A DNA stretch of 64,000 nucleotides from a virus. Lineage: Duplodnaviria; Caudoviricetes. Shown in pieces: positions 28,919 through 38,335 of this stretch (positions are counted from its first letter, which is position 1; every line of letters starts with the position of its first letter). Under the pieces are notes generated by a model. It ran no database searches, was not told the origin of the DNA, and saw only the letters and a list, made by a program, of their open reading frames with translations. The DNA is taken from positions 32,001 to 96,000 of IMG/VR virus record IMGVR_UViG_3300037781_000042, one strand, 5' to 3'. The translations under genes were made by a program, and so were the position numbers.

Positions 28919-30691
28919 ATGAGAGATTATGGAATAGAACTTTCTCCACTATTAGAGAAAGAAGTTTTCGACCAATGGGCTCCAGTACTTAAGGAGACTG
29001 ATATGGTTAACGAAAACGTAGACGCGGAAAGATTGTCTTTGATGACAAAGATTGCGCACAATCAAGCATTAGCTATGAACGAGGCTGATGGCGGATTACC
29101 AAATAATGCAAATTTAGTTGGTATGGGCAACCCTTCTTTTGGTACTACTTTAGGTGGTCAAAATTCATTTGTAACTGGTGATACTGGTTCTGGTGATAAA
29201 TGGGGTTCTCCTTTCGCTATTGCAATGCAAGTAGCTGCTAAGACTGTTGGTTTTGACATTGTAAATACTATCCCGATTTCACAATCTGCTGGTATGATTC
29301 ATTATGTTGATTACTTATATGCAGACGGTAAATTAGATGGTGTTGGAACTGAAGCTCCTACATTATTCAAAATTAATGTAACAGATTTTAGTTCTTTCAG
29401 TGCTGCTGAAGGAGATAAATTCTTTGGTACTTCAACTGGTACAACAGCAATTGCTGCTACTGGTGATGCTACTGGTAATGCTGCTTATTTAGAGTATGTT
29501 GGTCCTTCAAGAAAAACTGGTTACCCAATTTTTAAATTGATTTCAACGGGTACTTTTGAAAATGATGACTATACTAAAACTGATACTTTAACATTAGCTC
29601 AAATTTTTGATGGTGATGCTGGTATGGTTGCTGCAGCTAACGAAGATGAAGGAACAAACAGTTTAACTGTTTCAACTCCTAAAGCTGTTACTGCTTCTGC
29701 TGAATATGTAGTTGCAATGGAAGATAACGTTTATGGTTATGCTAACGGTGCTGGAGGCCAAGCAGGTGTTCAGTATTCAGGCAACTGGATGGACGGTCTT
29801 AACTTAAATGAAGCTGCAAGAAGAGGCGAAGGTGAGTCTGATGACTATAAAGACATGGGAATGAGAGTAACTTCTAAGTATATTGAATGTGGTACTTTCA
29901 AAGTATCTATCTCAGTTACTCAGGAGCAATTACAAGATATGAAGAGAAACTTTGGTTACGACATCGTATCTAAAGCTCAAAACGCTCTTGTAAACGAAAC
30001 TTCTCAATCAATTAACAGAAATATCATTTCTAGAGCTTTTGCTTTAGGTTGGACTAACCACTTGAACAGTAATGTTGCTGAAGGTGTTAACTTTAACTTA
30101 GCATTAGATCCAACTTATACAACTGCTAACGTAAATGCAACGTATAAGAAAAATGATAACACTAATGGTTCATTAGTAATTCCTGTATTTGGTACTTACT
30201 CTTCAGCTTCAGCATCAGCTGAAACTCAAGATTCTAACATCAAGAGAATTGTTAACAGAATAATCCAAGTTTCTAACTTCATTGCTCACAGAGGTAGATT
30301 AGGTGGAGCTACTGGTATTGTAACTAATGGTCAAGTTGCTGCGGCACTTCAATCAGTTGCTAATTATTCAGCTGCATCTTTTGATAATAAACTTGGTACT
30401 CCAGGTTCATTATACCCTGCAGGTTCAATCTTAGGAATGACTATTTATGTTGATCCTAATATGAAATGGAATGACAACAGAGTTTGTGTATTCAGAAAAG
30501 GTACTAATGATGATCCAGGACTTAAGTTTTTACCATATGTCCTTGCTGAGAGCGTTTCAGTTATTAACCCTAATACTGCTGCTCCAAGATTGTTTGTAAT
30601 GTCAAGATATGCATTAACTGAGTATGGTCAACATCCAGAAATGCAATATGTAACATTCTATATCAAAGCAGGTACTAACGGTTTAGGTTAA
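28919..30691 (+). CDS. major capsid protein, T4 gp23-like
   Basis: W.PVL...E N-arm, IV...P.....G...Y, ELQQD/QLQD-type motif (QEQLQDMK), E.N..I, G.L.G..IYVDP and PY motifs; position after protease. Confidence 0.92.
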   Translation: MRDYGIELSPLLEKEVFDQWAPVLKETDMVNENVDAERLSLMTKIAHNQALAMNEADGGLPNNANLVGMGNPSFGTTLGGQNSFVTGDTGSGDKWGSPFAIAMQVAAKTVGFDIVNTIPISQSAGMIHYVDYLYADGKLDGVGTEAPTLFKINVTDFSSFSAAEGDKFFGTSTGTTAIAATGDATGNAAYLEYVGPSRKTGYPIFKLISTGTFENDDYTKTDTLTLAQIFDGDAGMVAAANEDEGTNSLTVSTPKAVTASAEYVVAMEDNVYGYANGAGGQAGVQYSGNWMDGLNLNEAARRGEGESDDYKDMGMRVTSKYIECGTFKVSISVTQEQLQDMKRNFGYDIVSKAQNALVNETSQSINRNIISRAFALGWTNHLNSNVAEGVNFNLALDPTYTTANVNATYKKNDNTNGSLVIPVFGTYSSASASAETQDSNIKRIVNRIIQVSNFIAHRGRLGGATGIVTNGQVAAALQSVANYSAASFDNKLGTPGSLYPAGSILGMTIYVDPNMKWNDNRVCVFRKGTNDDPGLKFLPYVLAESVSVINPNTAAPRLFVMSRYALTEYGQHPEMQYVTFYIKAGTNGLG

Positions 30692-30724
30692 TCCTAAATC
30701 TACTGTAAAGTAGATATAAAATAT

Positions 30725-30761
30725 AAATCCTCTAGTAGTTAATTCTGCTAGAGGATTTTTT
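30725..30761 (+). terminator. intrinsic terminator of capsid operon
   Basis: AATCCTCTAGTAG/CTGCTAGAGGATT stem followed by T run. Confidence 0.85.
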
Positions 30762-30871
30762 ATTTGTATTGAGGTGTCTGGGTGATCCCAGAGGTGTTTA
30801 TATAATAAGGTATAGTTACATATAGTTTTAATATTCAAACACTACTGGAGGTGAACCTGTGATAAGAGCAT

Positions 30872-30907
30872 AATAAAACCCACTATAATTAAATAGCAGG
30901 TTTTATT
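30872..30907. terminator. probable terminator for convergent minus-strand operon
   Basis: AATAAAACC..CTAT/ATAG..GGTTTTATT imperfect stem with A/T tails on both sides. Confidence 0.55.
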
Positions 30908-30935
30908 GAGTTACGATAGAACTAATCGAAAATTA

Positions 30936-32336
30936 TTAAGTTGATATTGATTTTCCTGCTAATTTGTTTTGAATAGTCTTTTTAACTGAACTTTCATTAA
31001 CAACATATATTCTAAAACCTTTAACTCTATTATTTTTATTTTCAGATTTATCCATATCATTAGACATATATTCTGTAAACGGTTCTAGAATTTGATTATC
31101 AGGATTTTTATAAATGTATAGAGTATCACAGTCAGGATTATTTTTATTCCATATTTCTATTATTTCATCAATAGTAGGTGCTTCAATTGCAACACATTCA
31201 AAATTCATTTTTGAAATATTTTCTGAAGAGAAAGTAGATTCTTTTACAAATACTGGATCTAATGAATATTTTCCTTCAGAATTATAATAAAAAGTTTGAA
31301 TCTTATTCTCAATAACTTTTACATTTTTTGCATTTAAACTACGTGCTTGAATATCAGCTATTTGTGTATCAACGTATTGAGAATTTGATTGTTGATTCTT
31401 AGGTAAAACTTTCTCTTTAACTATACGTTCAGGAATACATTTTAAACGAAATCTATCAAAAGCATTATCTAAAATTTTTCCTTCCTGTTTTACATAGTAT
31501 AAAGTATCACAATTAGGATTATTTCTATTCCAGTATTTTACAATATCTTTTCTAGATTTTCCTATATAAGTAGGTGCTTCCAATATATAAGTTGTTTCTG
31601 GACCTTCCCCCTTTCTTATTTTATTGTTTTTAGAATCATAATGAAATTGTTGCATTTGATTTACTTCAACTAAATTTATTGCATTTAATCCTAATTTTTG
31701 AAGAAGTCTAAATTCAGAATAAACATCATTTGTAATATCTTCTTCTAATTCTTCTAATTCTTCTTTAGAATTTAAAATTTTAATTGGTCTATCACCTAAC
31801 CAAATAATTTTTTCTCCTATTAAAGAATTAATTCCTTCATAAAAAACTTGGTCCTCTAATTCTGCATCTTTTATACATTTATCAAACATATAATTTTTAC
31901 AGCATTGATCAAAACTTCTCGATGGATCAGAATTATTGCTTTCATAAAACCAAAATTCAACCCATTTTCCAGAATAGTTTATTTTTTGAATAGTGTATGT
32001 TTCAGGAAATTCTTTCCTTTCTAAATGATCTTCTAAATTAGGAATAATTTCTATTCCATTTTTATATTTAGGTTCTTTTCTAAATTCTTCTTTTTTCTTT
32101 CTTTCGTTTTCAACATAGAGTGCATTTAAAATAAATTTTTCTGCTCTTTCATCGTCTATTCCATAAGAAATGCCGCCTTCCGAATCTCTCGAATCCCAAA
32201 TTCTATCGAATTCTATATCTTCTGTTTCTTCATTTATTCTAAAACCTAATGCTAAACCTAATGGATGGAAAAATTGTCTATTTGCTTCTTGTAGATAACC
32301 AAGATCTCTAAATTCTTTAAGTGATAAGTATTTCAT
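30936..32336 (-). CDS. composite hypothetical protein with internal duplicated module
   Basis: N-terminal KEFRDLGYLQEANRQFFHPLGLAL phage motif; two EAPT...I...WN.NNP.CDTLY modules. Confidence 0.7.
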   Translation of the reverse strand: MKYLSLKEFRDLGYLQEANRQFFHPLGLALGFRINEETEDIEFDRIWDSRDSEGGISYGIDDERAEKFILNALYVENERKKKEEFRKEPKYKNGIEIIPNLEDHLERKEFPETYTIQKINYSGKWVEFWFYESNNSDPSRSFDQCCKNYMFDKCIKDAELEDQVFYEGINSLIGEKIIWLGDRPIKILNSKEELEELEEDITNDVYSEFRLLQKLGLNAINLVEVNQMQQFHYDSKNNKIRKGEGPETTYILEAPTYIGKSRKDIVKYWNRNNPNCDTLYYVKQEGKILDNAFDRFRLKCIPERIVKEKVLPKNQQSNSQYVDTQIADIQARSLNAKNVKVIENKIQTFYYNSEGKYSLDPVFVKESTFSSENISKMNFECVAIEAPTIDEIIEIWNKNNPDCDTLYIYKNPDNQILEPFTEYMSNDMDKSENKNNRVKGFRIYVVNESSVKKTIQNKLAGKSIST

Positions 32337-32338
32337 TT

Positions 32339-33325
32339 TTAATCTAATAATTTGTTTTGATGAATGGAAGTAAAATCTATATTTATTTTTTCGACATCTT
32401 CTTTTTTTATCGAATATTCTGTTATTTTTTCTTCATTTATAGAAGAACATATAATTAAATTTTTATTGTGTGGGTTATCTTTCAAATATTTTAATAAAAC
32501 GTTTGGGTTATCTTTTAATCTTATAATTTCATTTTTAATAAATTGAATATGTGTTGGTACTTTAGGAGACAATAATATTAATTCATCTTTATTTACCCAA
32601 AATTTATTTATCTGAGAGATAGATTTTTTTATATCTAATAAATTGAATTTTTTATTGACTTCTATTAAATTATTAATAACTTCTTTATAATAAATTTCTA
32701 CTAAAAACAACTTATTTTCAAAATCCATTTTTTTAATAATTCCTATATGATCATGTAATTCTAGTTTAGTAGATTCTATTTTTACTAATTGTCCTACATT
32801 AAATTCTAATTCAAAACGAATATTTTTAATACTATTATAAGAAATTAATTCTTTTTCTTTGTATTCTATATTATTTGAATCATTATTATCAAATATGTAA
32901 TTACATACATATTTATTTTCTTTTTCTGAATCATATTGAACTTCTTCATTTACAATTTCTTTTACTTTTAAAGCTTTTTCAAAATCATTTTCAGTTCCTT
33001 TTTTAAATACTATTTCATCTACAGAAAATATTTTAGGTTTAACATAACTAGTAAAATCCTCTACTACATCAGCTTTAATTTGTTCTTTAGGAGGATTTTT
33101 AAAATTTAAGGCATCTTCTGGTAAAATTACAGATAATTGTTCTAATGTTAAAAGTAATGTAGAGATTTTATTCGTAGAATCTGATAAATTAGATAGTGTA
33201 ACTTCATAAATATTTTTTTCTATAGAAGATTTCTTGTCTACTTCAAGTTTAATTTTTAGAATTTTAACTTCTTGGTTATTATAGAGAACTATTTCTCCTT
33301 TCTTAGGCAATCTTTTCATTTTCAA
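32339..33325 (-). CDS. hypothetical protein, possibly tandem SH3/KOW-like barrels
   Basis: Repeated (P/F)..G(E/Q)(I/L)V-type starts (KKGEIV, SVDEIV, NVGQLV, KNEII). Confidence 0.6.
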   Translation of the reverse strand: MKMKRLPKKGEIVLYNNQEVKILKIKLEVDKKSSIEKNIYEVTLSNLSDSTNKISTLLLTLEQLSVILPEDALNFKNPPKEQIKADVVEDFTSYVKPKIFSVDEIVFKKGTENDFEKALKVKEIVNEEVQYDSEKENKYVCNYIFDNNDSNNIEYKEKELISYNSIKNIRFELEFNVGQLVKIESTKLELHDHIGIIKKMDFENKLFLVEIYYKEVINNLIEVNKKFNLLDIKKSISQINKFWVNKDELILLSPKVPTHIQFIKNEIIRLKDNPNVLLKYLKDNPHNKNLIICSSINEEKITEYSIKKEDVEKINIDFTSIHQNKLLD

Positions 33326-33345
33326 ATTATTTTTTATTAAAAAAG

Positions 33346-33420
33346 AAAATCTACTACTATGACATATAAAAATTTACAAATCATTAAGGATTCTTTAAAA
33401 ACTAAATAGTAGTAGATTTT
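33346..33420. repeat. 15-bp perfect inverted repeat with 45-nt spacer
   Basis: AAAATCTACTACTAT (33346-33360) and ATAGTAGTAGATTTT (33406-33420). Confidence 0.85.
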
Positions 33421-33429
33421 TAGATATGT

Positions 33430-33708
33430 TTATTTTAAAGCAACCCAACAGCTGCTGCTTTTACCGCCAGATTCTGAAGAATTAGAATATCCAACAAGTT
33501 TACATTTTTTAGCTTGTTCAGCTTCTTTGTAGTTATCAGTTACAAAAACCTGATTGGCATTTTTGTAATTGTTTCTTAGGAAAACAGTAATTTTTTCAAT
33601 TCTGCTTTTTGCTCGACCATTGGTGTTGAAACCTGCTTGCTCTAAAAGACTTTCAGCCATATTTCTATATTTAGAAGGTCTTCCTTTTGTAGTGTTATTT
33701 GACGACAT
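33430..33708 (-). CDS. small basic hypothetical protein (KGRPSKY motif)
   Basis: GGAG ribosome-binding site, AT-hook-like N-terminus, and its own promoter motif. Confidence 0.7.
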   Translation of the reverse strand: MSSNNTTKGRPSKYRNMAESLLEQAGFNTNGRAKSRIEKITVFLRNNYKNANQVFVTDNYKEAEQAKKCKLVGYSNSSESGGKSSSCWVALK

Positions 33709-33744
33709 GCCAAACTCCCTTTTATGTTAAAAAAAAATAATTTA

Positions 33745-33778
33745 TATTAATTATACTTTGATTTTTTTAAAAAGTTTT
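33745..33778 (-). promoter_or_regulatory. putative middle promoter (AAAACT-N17-TATAATTAATA)
   Basis: Reverse-complement exact match to motif class. Confidence 0.65.
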
Positions 33779-33782
33779 TAAA

Positions 33783-34046
33783 TTAATCAATTTCTTCAAT
33801 ATTAATAATAGAATTTATATTTAAATTTTTCTCCCCTAAATTATCTAAATATTCTATTATATGTAATCTTAATTTTTTTAATTCTTTTATTCTAAGTTCA
33901 GAATATTCATTTTCGTTTCCTTTTTCAAAATCTTCTAATATTTTAGAATTGTGAAATTTAATTTTATCATCTATTAAACATAGAAGTAATTTTTTAGCTT
34001 CTACACCAGAAAAAGATCCTTCTATTAATTTTATGTTTTCACTCAT
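33783..34046 (-). CDS. hypothetical protein
   Basis: ORF track. LIEG.FS..EAK..L..LI..KI.FHN resembles a small family I recall from Bacteroidota genomes (unverified). Confidence 0.65.
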   Translation of the reverse strand: MSENIKLIEGSFSGVEAKKLLLCLIDDKIKFHNSKILEDFEKGNENEYSELRIKELKKLRLHIIEYLDNLGEKNLNINSIINIEEID

Positions 34047-34067
34047 AAGTTTTTATTTTATTTAAAA

Positions 34068-34292
34068 TTATATATTCTCTAACTTAGAAATATGTTCTTT
34101 AAATCCTTCCATGAAAGCTGTAACATCTTCTTCGTATGATGTATCCCAATCGGTCCAAGGAAAAATAATTTCATTCTTTGCTCTTATTTCAAATATTCTA
34201 TCGTATTTTTCTTCCCATGAATATTTATCAGAATCAAATATTTTCTTACATTTTAAATATATCTTAACAAGTTTTTCTGTTTTCGTGTTCAA
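34068..34292 (-). CDS. hypothetical protein
   Basis: ORF track; W.D.DTSYEEDV.AF motif typical of small phage proteins. Confidence 0.6.
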   Translation of the reverse strand: MNTKTEKLVKIYLKCKKIFDSDKYSWEEKYDRIFEIRAKNEIIFPWTDWDTSYEEDVTAFMEGFKEHISKLENI

Positions 34293-34989
34293 CTAATTTC
34301 CTTTCTAAATTTATTTTATACATATAGTTTAAATCACTTCTAAGCCTTCTAATTCTACTTTTTATTGTATTAATGTTAATATTTTGGTGCCTTGCTATAT
34401 CTTGTTCTTTCATTTTAAAAATAAACTTATCATTGTACAGTTCTTGAAAATCTTCAGGTAAATGTTTTACTATCTCATCTAAAACCTGTTTCTTTAGAAC
34501 AGGAATTTCAATTGTTCCATCAAAATGAGAATGATCTTGAACTACTGTTAATGAATAAAGACTATGTAAATGAGTTGCTCTATCTTTATTAGGAGTAGGA
34601 TCTTTAGAATAAGTACAATAAAAATCTGGAGGATTTTCTTTTATTTCAGAAATAAGTTTGTCTTTTCTAGCTTCTAATATTTTATAAAGTTCATATTGAG
34701 CAATTCTATAAATCCAAGTAGTAAATCTGCGATTAGTATCATACATCTCTATATTTTTATAGACTTTAAAAAAGGTAGAAGCTACTGCATCGTTAACAAT
34801 TTCTATATGAACTAAATAAGAACTATCATATCCTTTAAATTTTTTACTACAATGTTGTTTTAAAGGAATGCTTAAACATTCATAAAGTTGACTATAAAGT
34901 AAATTTGCTTCTTTAGGGTATTTTTCGGAATCTATTTCCTTTAATTTTTTACCCAATTCCTGCAAATTTATTTTATACTTTTTTCTCAT
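34264..34989 (-). CDS. RNA polymerase sigma factor, ECF (sigma-70 group 4)-like
   Basis: Region 2: TFFKVYKNIEMYD..RRFTTWIYRIA. Region 4: LPE...ELY......MKEQDIA...NININTIKSRIRR. Confidence 0.85.
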   Translation of the reverse strand: MRKKYKINLQELGKKLKEIDSEKYPKEANLLYSQLYECLSIPLKQHCSKKFKGYDSSYLVHIEIVNDAVASTFFKVYKNIEMYDTNRRFTTWIYRIAQYELYKILEARKDKLISEIKENPPDFYCTYSKDPTPNKDRATHLHSLYSLTVVQDHSHFDGTIEIPVLKKQVLDEIVKHLPEDFQELYNDKFIFKMKEQDIARHQNININTIKSRIRRLRSDLNYMYKINLERKLVEHENRKTC

Positions 34990-35176
34990 TGTTGTGCTTT
35001 GTTCTTAGAACGTTTGAAGAAAAACCAAATACTGCACATATTACTACAAGATACCAATTTTCTAACATAAAGGAAGAATATGTTTTTTCAGGAGAAGCAA
35101 AAAATAAGTATGCTCCATAGATTGCTACTAGTAATCCTAATGCCATTAGAATATTGCTTAGATGTTTGTAAATCAT
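34973..35176 (-). CDS. small two-TM membrane protein
   Basis: Two hydrophobic helices. Confidence 0.6.
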   Translation of the reverse strand: MIYKHLSNILMALGLLVAIYGAYLFFASPEKTYSSFMLENWYLVVICAVFGFSSNVLRTKHNNEKKV

Positions 35177-35514
35177 CTGTAATTTTCTCCATTTTTCATT
35201 GCCTGTAAAAATCTTAACATTTCTCCTTCAAAATGTTCTTCTTTAATATTTGCAAAGCTTTGTTGTATAGTCATTTGAATAGCATTCTTTTCAATTTCAT
35301 CTTCTGTTTTCATATACTCTAATCTATATTTAGAAAGTTCTTGTCTTTTACCTTCTATGTAAGATTGTGTTTCTTCGAATACTTCCCTTTTTACATTTTC
35401 TTTCATAGGTTCGGTTACAGATGATTTCCAAATTCCTAAAAGATCTAGACCAAAGACTAATAAAAATATACCTAATATTATTCCTATGAAATATAATCCT
35501 ATTTTTGTTTTCAT
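35173..35514 (-). CDS. membrane-anchored hypothetical protein
   Basis: N-terminal TM helix, then REVFEETQSY.EG helical domain. Confidence 0.7.
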   Translation of the reverse strand: MKTKIGLYFIGIILGIFLLVFGLDLLGIWKSSVTEPMKENVKREVFEETQSYIEGKRQELSKYRLEYMKTEDEIEKNAIQMTIQQSFANIKEEHFEGEMLRFLQAMKNGENYR

Positions 35515-35522
35515 GTTTTTAC

Positions 35523-36053
35523 CTATTGTTTTAATTTAAATGGAGATACTATAATTTCTTGCTCTATGTATACTGGATGCGGTTCTCCTTGATCATCTAA
35601 TAACATTATCCAAGTTGCTGATAATCCTTCTGGCATAAATAATCCATTAGGATCTACTTGAGGAACTACTTGAAGTTCTCCCGCATCCTGATATTTAGAA
35701 AAACCTAAATTTCTTGCATCTACTATCTTTTTAGGATTTGTAAATTGTATAGAATAAGGAAGTCCATATCCTAAGCATTTACCAAGATAGATAAGCTCTC
35801 CCGTATAAGATGTAATATAAGCATGACAAATTAAATCTTCTTTATCGCGAAGTTCGAATATCATTTTAGCAAGTTTTCTTTCTTGAAAATTTGTAATTGC
35901 TGGCATTCCTACTTGTCTTTGTGCTTCATCCATAAACTTTTCAGTTGCTTCTGCCATTTTATTATCAGCTACATTTTCGACTTTAGGTTCTTGACATCCT
36001 AAAAGTAATGATATTCCTAATATAGTAAGTGTTGTTAATATAATTTTTTTCAT
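35523..36053 (-). CDS. phage lipoprotein
   Basis: LLLGC lipobox; QERKLAK.I.ELRD and GYG.PY..Q.TNP motifs. Confidence 0.75.
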   Translation of the reverse strand: MKKIILTTLTILGISLLLGCQEPKVENVADNKMAEATEKFMDEAQRQVGMPAITNFQERKLAKMIFELRDKEDLICHAYITSYTGELIYLGKCLGYGLPYSIQFTNPKKIVDARNLGFSKYQDAGELQVVPQVDPNGLFMPEGLSATWIMLLDDQGEPHPVYIEQEIIVSPFKLKQ

Positions 36054-36080
36054 TTTAAAAAATCCTTATTTGTTTAAAAA

Positions 36081-36263
36081 TTAATCTATTGTTTCTCTTG
36101 TAGTTGTTCTAATTTTAATTGATGTATACGAAGGTTCTCTTTGATCTCCTTTATACTGATCTATATGAATTGTTGATTTATCTGCATCAAATCCTATTTT
36201 TTCTGATAATAATTTTAACAATTCTTTTTCGTTTAATACTATTTCTTTTGTTACTTCTGCCAT
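36081..36263 (-). CDS. small hypothetical protein
   Basis: Start moved to ATG 36263 (MAEVTK), which has a GGAG site and removes the overlap. Confidence 0.55.
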   Translation of the reverse strand: MAEVTKEIVLNEKELLKLLSEKIGFDADKSTIHIDQYKGDQREPSYTSIKIRTTTRETID

Positions 36264-36265
36264 TT

Positions 36266-36460
36266 TTATACTCCGAAATCTTGTACTGCTTCCCAATAAA
36301 GGCCATTCAATATTTCTTTTACTGTTTCTAATTCTACATCTTTGTCTAAGAGAAACTGTCCATGTTCGACATATTTTTCTCCGTTACTTTTCCACCATTC
36401 CTGTTCGCCAGTAAGGTCATTTTCTACATATTCTTTTATTAAATCATAATCTGTTTTCAT
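36266..36460 (-). CDS. small acidic hypothetical protein
   Basis: ORF track, operon coupling. Confidence 0.6.
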   Translation of the reverse strand: MKTDYDLIKEYVENDLTGEQEWWKSNGEKYVEHGQFLLDKDVELETVKEILNGLYWEAVQDFGV

Positions 36461-36503
36461 ATTAAAGTTTTTCTCGATATTTATTTAAAAAGTAGTCTGT
36501 TGT

Positions 36504-36842
36504 TTACTCTTGTAATTGTTCTAATTTTGTCCACATTCCACCAACAGTTTTTGTTAAGTTAATATTTTTTGTTGGTTCTTCAGGTACTTTTTTAAATTGC
36601 CACCATTCTGATCCATCGTGTTCATGTCTTTCTAACCACCAGTCTTTTCCTACTATAAGTAAATCTACTGCTACATTTTGCGACCCAAATCCATTATTAT
36701 ATTCAACATTAGATATTTCTTCGAAATTTTTCCAATCTGTTTTAATATTTATATTTCCGACCCATTGTACATCTTCTGGTGTTAAGTTATGATAATTTAA
36801 TTTTTCAATCGTCTCGGTTAATAAATTCATAATTTTCTCCAT
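36504..36842 (-). CDS. conserved phage hypothetical protein
   Basis: Y.NGFGSQ.VA.DL.IVG.DWWLER.E.DGSEWW motif. Confidence 0.7.
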   Translation of the reverse strand: MEKIMNLLTETIEKLNYHNLTPEDVQWVGNINIKTDWKNFEEISNVEYNNGFGSQNVAVDLLIVGKDWWLERHEHDGSEWWQFKKVPEEPTKNINLTKTVGGMWTKLEQLQE

Positions 36843-37114
36843 CCCTCATTAGGGTCATTAAATTGTGGTCTATCATCAGGATCAGGTCGAGCCTTTTGAT
36901 CACCATATTGTTCTTTTAATTCTTGTTGCTCTTCTTGTAAATGTTTGTAATTAAATCTTACTCCTGGTATTTCTTCAACCTCTATAAAATAATTATTTGA
37001 TTCCTCTTGTATTTTAGATATAGTTGCTATGCCGCCGATTCTATCATCTTTTCCTCTATAAACATACATTGCTCCTCGAATGTAAATTTTATCTCCTATT
37101 GCTGGAATGCTCAT
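36827..37114 (-). CDS. hypothetical protein (KOW/SH3-like)
   Basis: P.IGDKIY start; AGGAG site. Confidence 0.65.
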   Translation of the reverse strand: MSIPAIGDKIYIRGAMYVYRGKDDRIGGIATISKIQEESNNYFIEVEEIPGVRFNYKHLQEEQQELKEQYGDQKARPDPDDRPQFNDPNEGWRKL

Positions 37115-37126
37115 AAGATGTTCTCC

Positions 37127-37558
37127 TTAAAAAATTGATACATCGTAATGTAAATGATAAAAATTAATTAACATAAATAAAAATATTGTTAAATCAATTA
37201 CAGCCCAAAATAAATGCACTCCTGGAGTTTGTAAATAAGTTTTTCTTCTGCTTCCTATAACTCCCTTTATAATTATAAGTACTGTATATAGGAGACCAAG
37301 TTCCCACCAATAACTACTAAAGAAGGATGCGCCTAACCATAAAAGCTCAAAAGTATTTTGTGCATATAATATAGAACGATAATTTTTTTCTTCTTCGGAT
37401 AATAAATCTTTTATTTTTTCTTTTGGTACAAAAGGCGAAACATCTTTAAGCTTATTATTAATAGAATTTCTAACTGGAGTTGCTCTTGTGTGACCTACAA
37501 TAAAGACAATATTAAAAAATACTATTAATAAGACTAAAAAATTTAATACGTGTATCAT
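37127..37558 (-). CDS. membrane protein
   Basis: Several hydrophobic helices; first gene after early motif. Confidence 0.65.
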   Translation of the reverse strand: MIHVLNFLVLLIVFFNIVFIVGHTRATPVRNSINNKLKDVSPFVPKEKIKDLLSEEEKNYRSILYAQNTFELLWLGASFFSSYWWELGLLYTVLIIIKGVIGSRRKTYLQTPGVHLFWAVIDLTIFLFMLINFYHLHYDVSIF

Positions 37559-37564
37559 GATATG

Positions 37565-37601
37565 TTTTCCTATAAGTGTTAATTGAATATGATGTAATAT
37601 A
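37565..37601 (-). promoter_or_regulatory. putative early promoter/leader, copy 1
   Basis: Near-identical to 56910-56946. Confidence 0.6.
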
Positions 37602-37610
37602 AAATTTTTA

Positions 37611-37934
37611 CTAATAAATAGAAAAAATTCTTAATTCGGGATCTTCTTTTGGTGAAAATTTAAATAGTTCTTTAAATGTTTCTTTTAATTTATTATCTAA
37701 TAAAGGAAGGTCTTTAAAATTAATTACGTCTTCATCATCTTCATCATAACTTAAGTATTTTCCAAAGAAAACATTTTTTGATCCTTCCGGTTCAAAAATA
37801 GAAAATGGACAATCTGGCTGCCCTTCAATATAAGGACGATACTTATCATCCCATAAATCTACTAAATGCGCTATTAAAAGATCTCTTGGAATTTTAAATC
37901 CATATAAAAGTACTTTATCTTGTGACATTCCCAT
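37611..37934 (-). CDS. hypothetical protein
   Basis: AGGAG site, ORF track. Confidence 0.65.
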   Translation of the reverse strand: MGMSQDKVLLYGFKIPRDLLIAHLVDLWDDKYRPYIEGQPDCPFSIFEPEGSKNVFFGKYLSYDEDDEDVINFKDLPLLDNKLKETFKELFKFSPKEDPELRIFSIY

Positions 37935-37951
37935 TTTGTTGCTCCTTAATT

Positions 37952-38314
37952 TTATATTTGGGTAATATTTAATCTATAATCTTTTCCTTGTCCTGCATCA
38001 ACTGATGCATCAATTCCATAAGGAAAACACATATTTAATAAAAATCTTTGTGCGTAAATTAAAGAAAATGTTTCATCTTCATTATCATACCATCCCCAAT
38101 AATCAGGTCCACCTTCATTAATGTTTTCAACGTTTTGTTCTTTTGCTATTGATACTTCTACTTTAATAATATCATTTACTTCTTTTCCATATAACGATAC
38201 TGTAGATTCATGAATTCCAAAATGATCAAAATATTTTCCATATTCAGGGTGTGTTGAAATAACACAATTTACAATATATGTTTTTTGAAAATCTTCTTCT
38301 TTAATTTCTTTCAT
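37952..38314 (-). CDS. hypothetical protein
   Basis: YWGW......F..IY...L.MCFPYG motif typical of phage early proteins. Confidence 0.65.
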   Translation of the reverse strand: MKEIKEEDFQKTYIVNCVISTHPEYGKYFDHFGIHESTVSLYGKEVNDIIKVEVSIAKEQNVENINEGGPDYWGWYDNEDETFSLIYAQRFLLNMCFPYGIDASVDAGQGKDYRLNITQI

Positions 38315-38335
38315 GATTACTTCCTTTTTAATATT

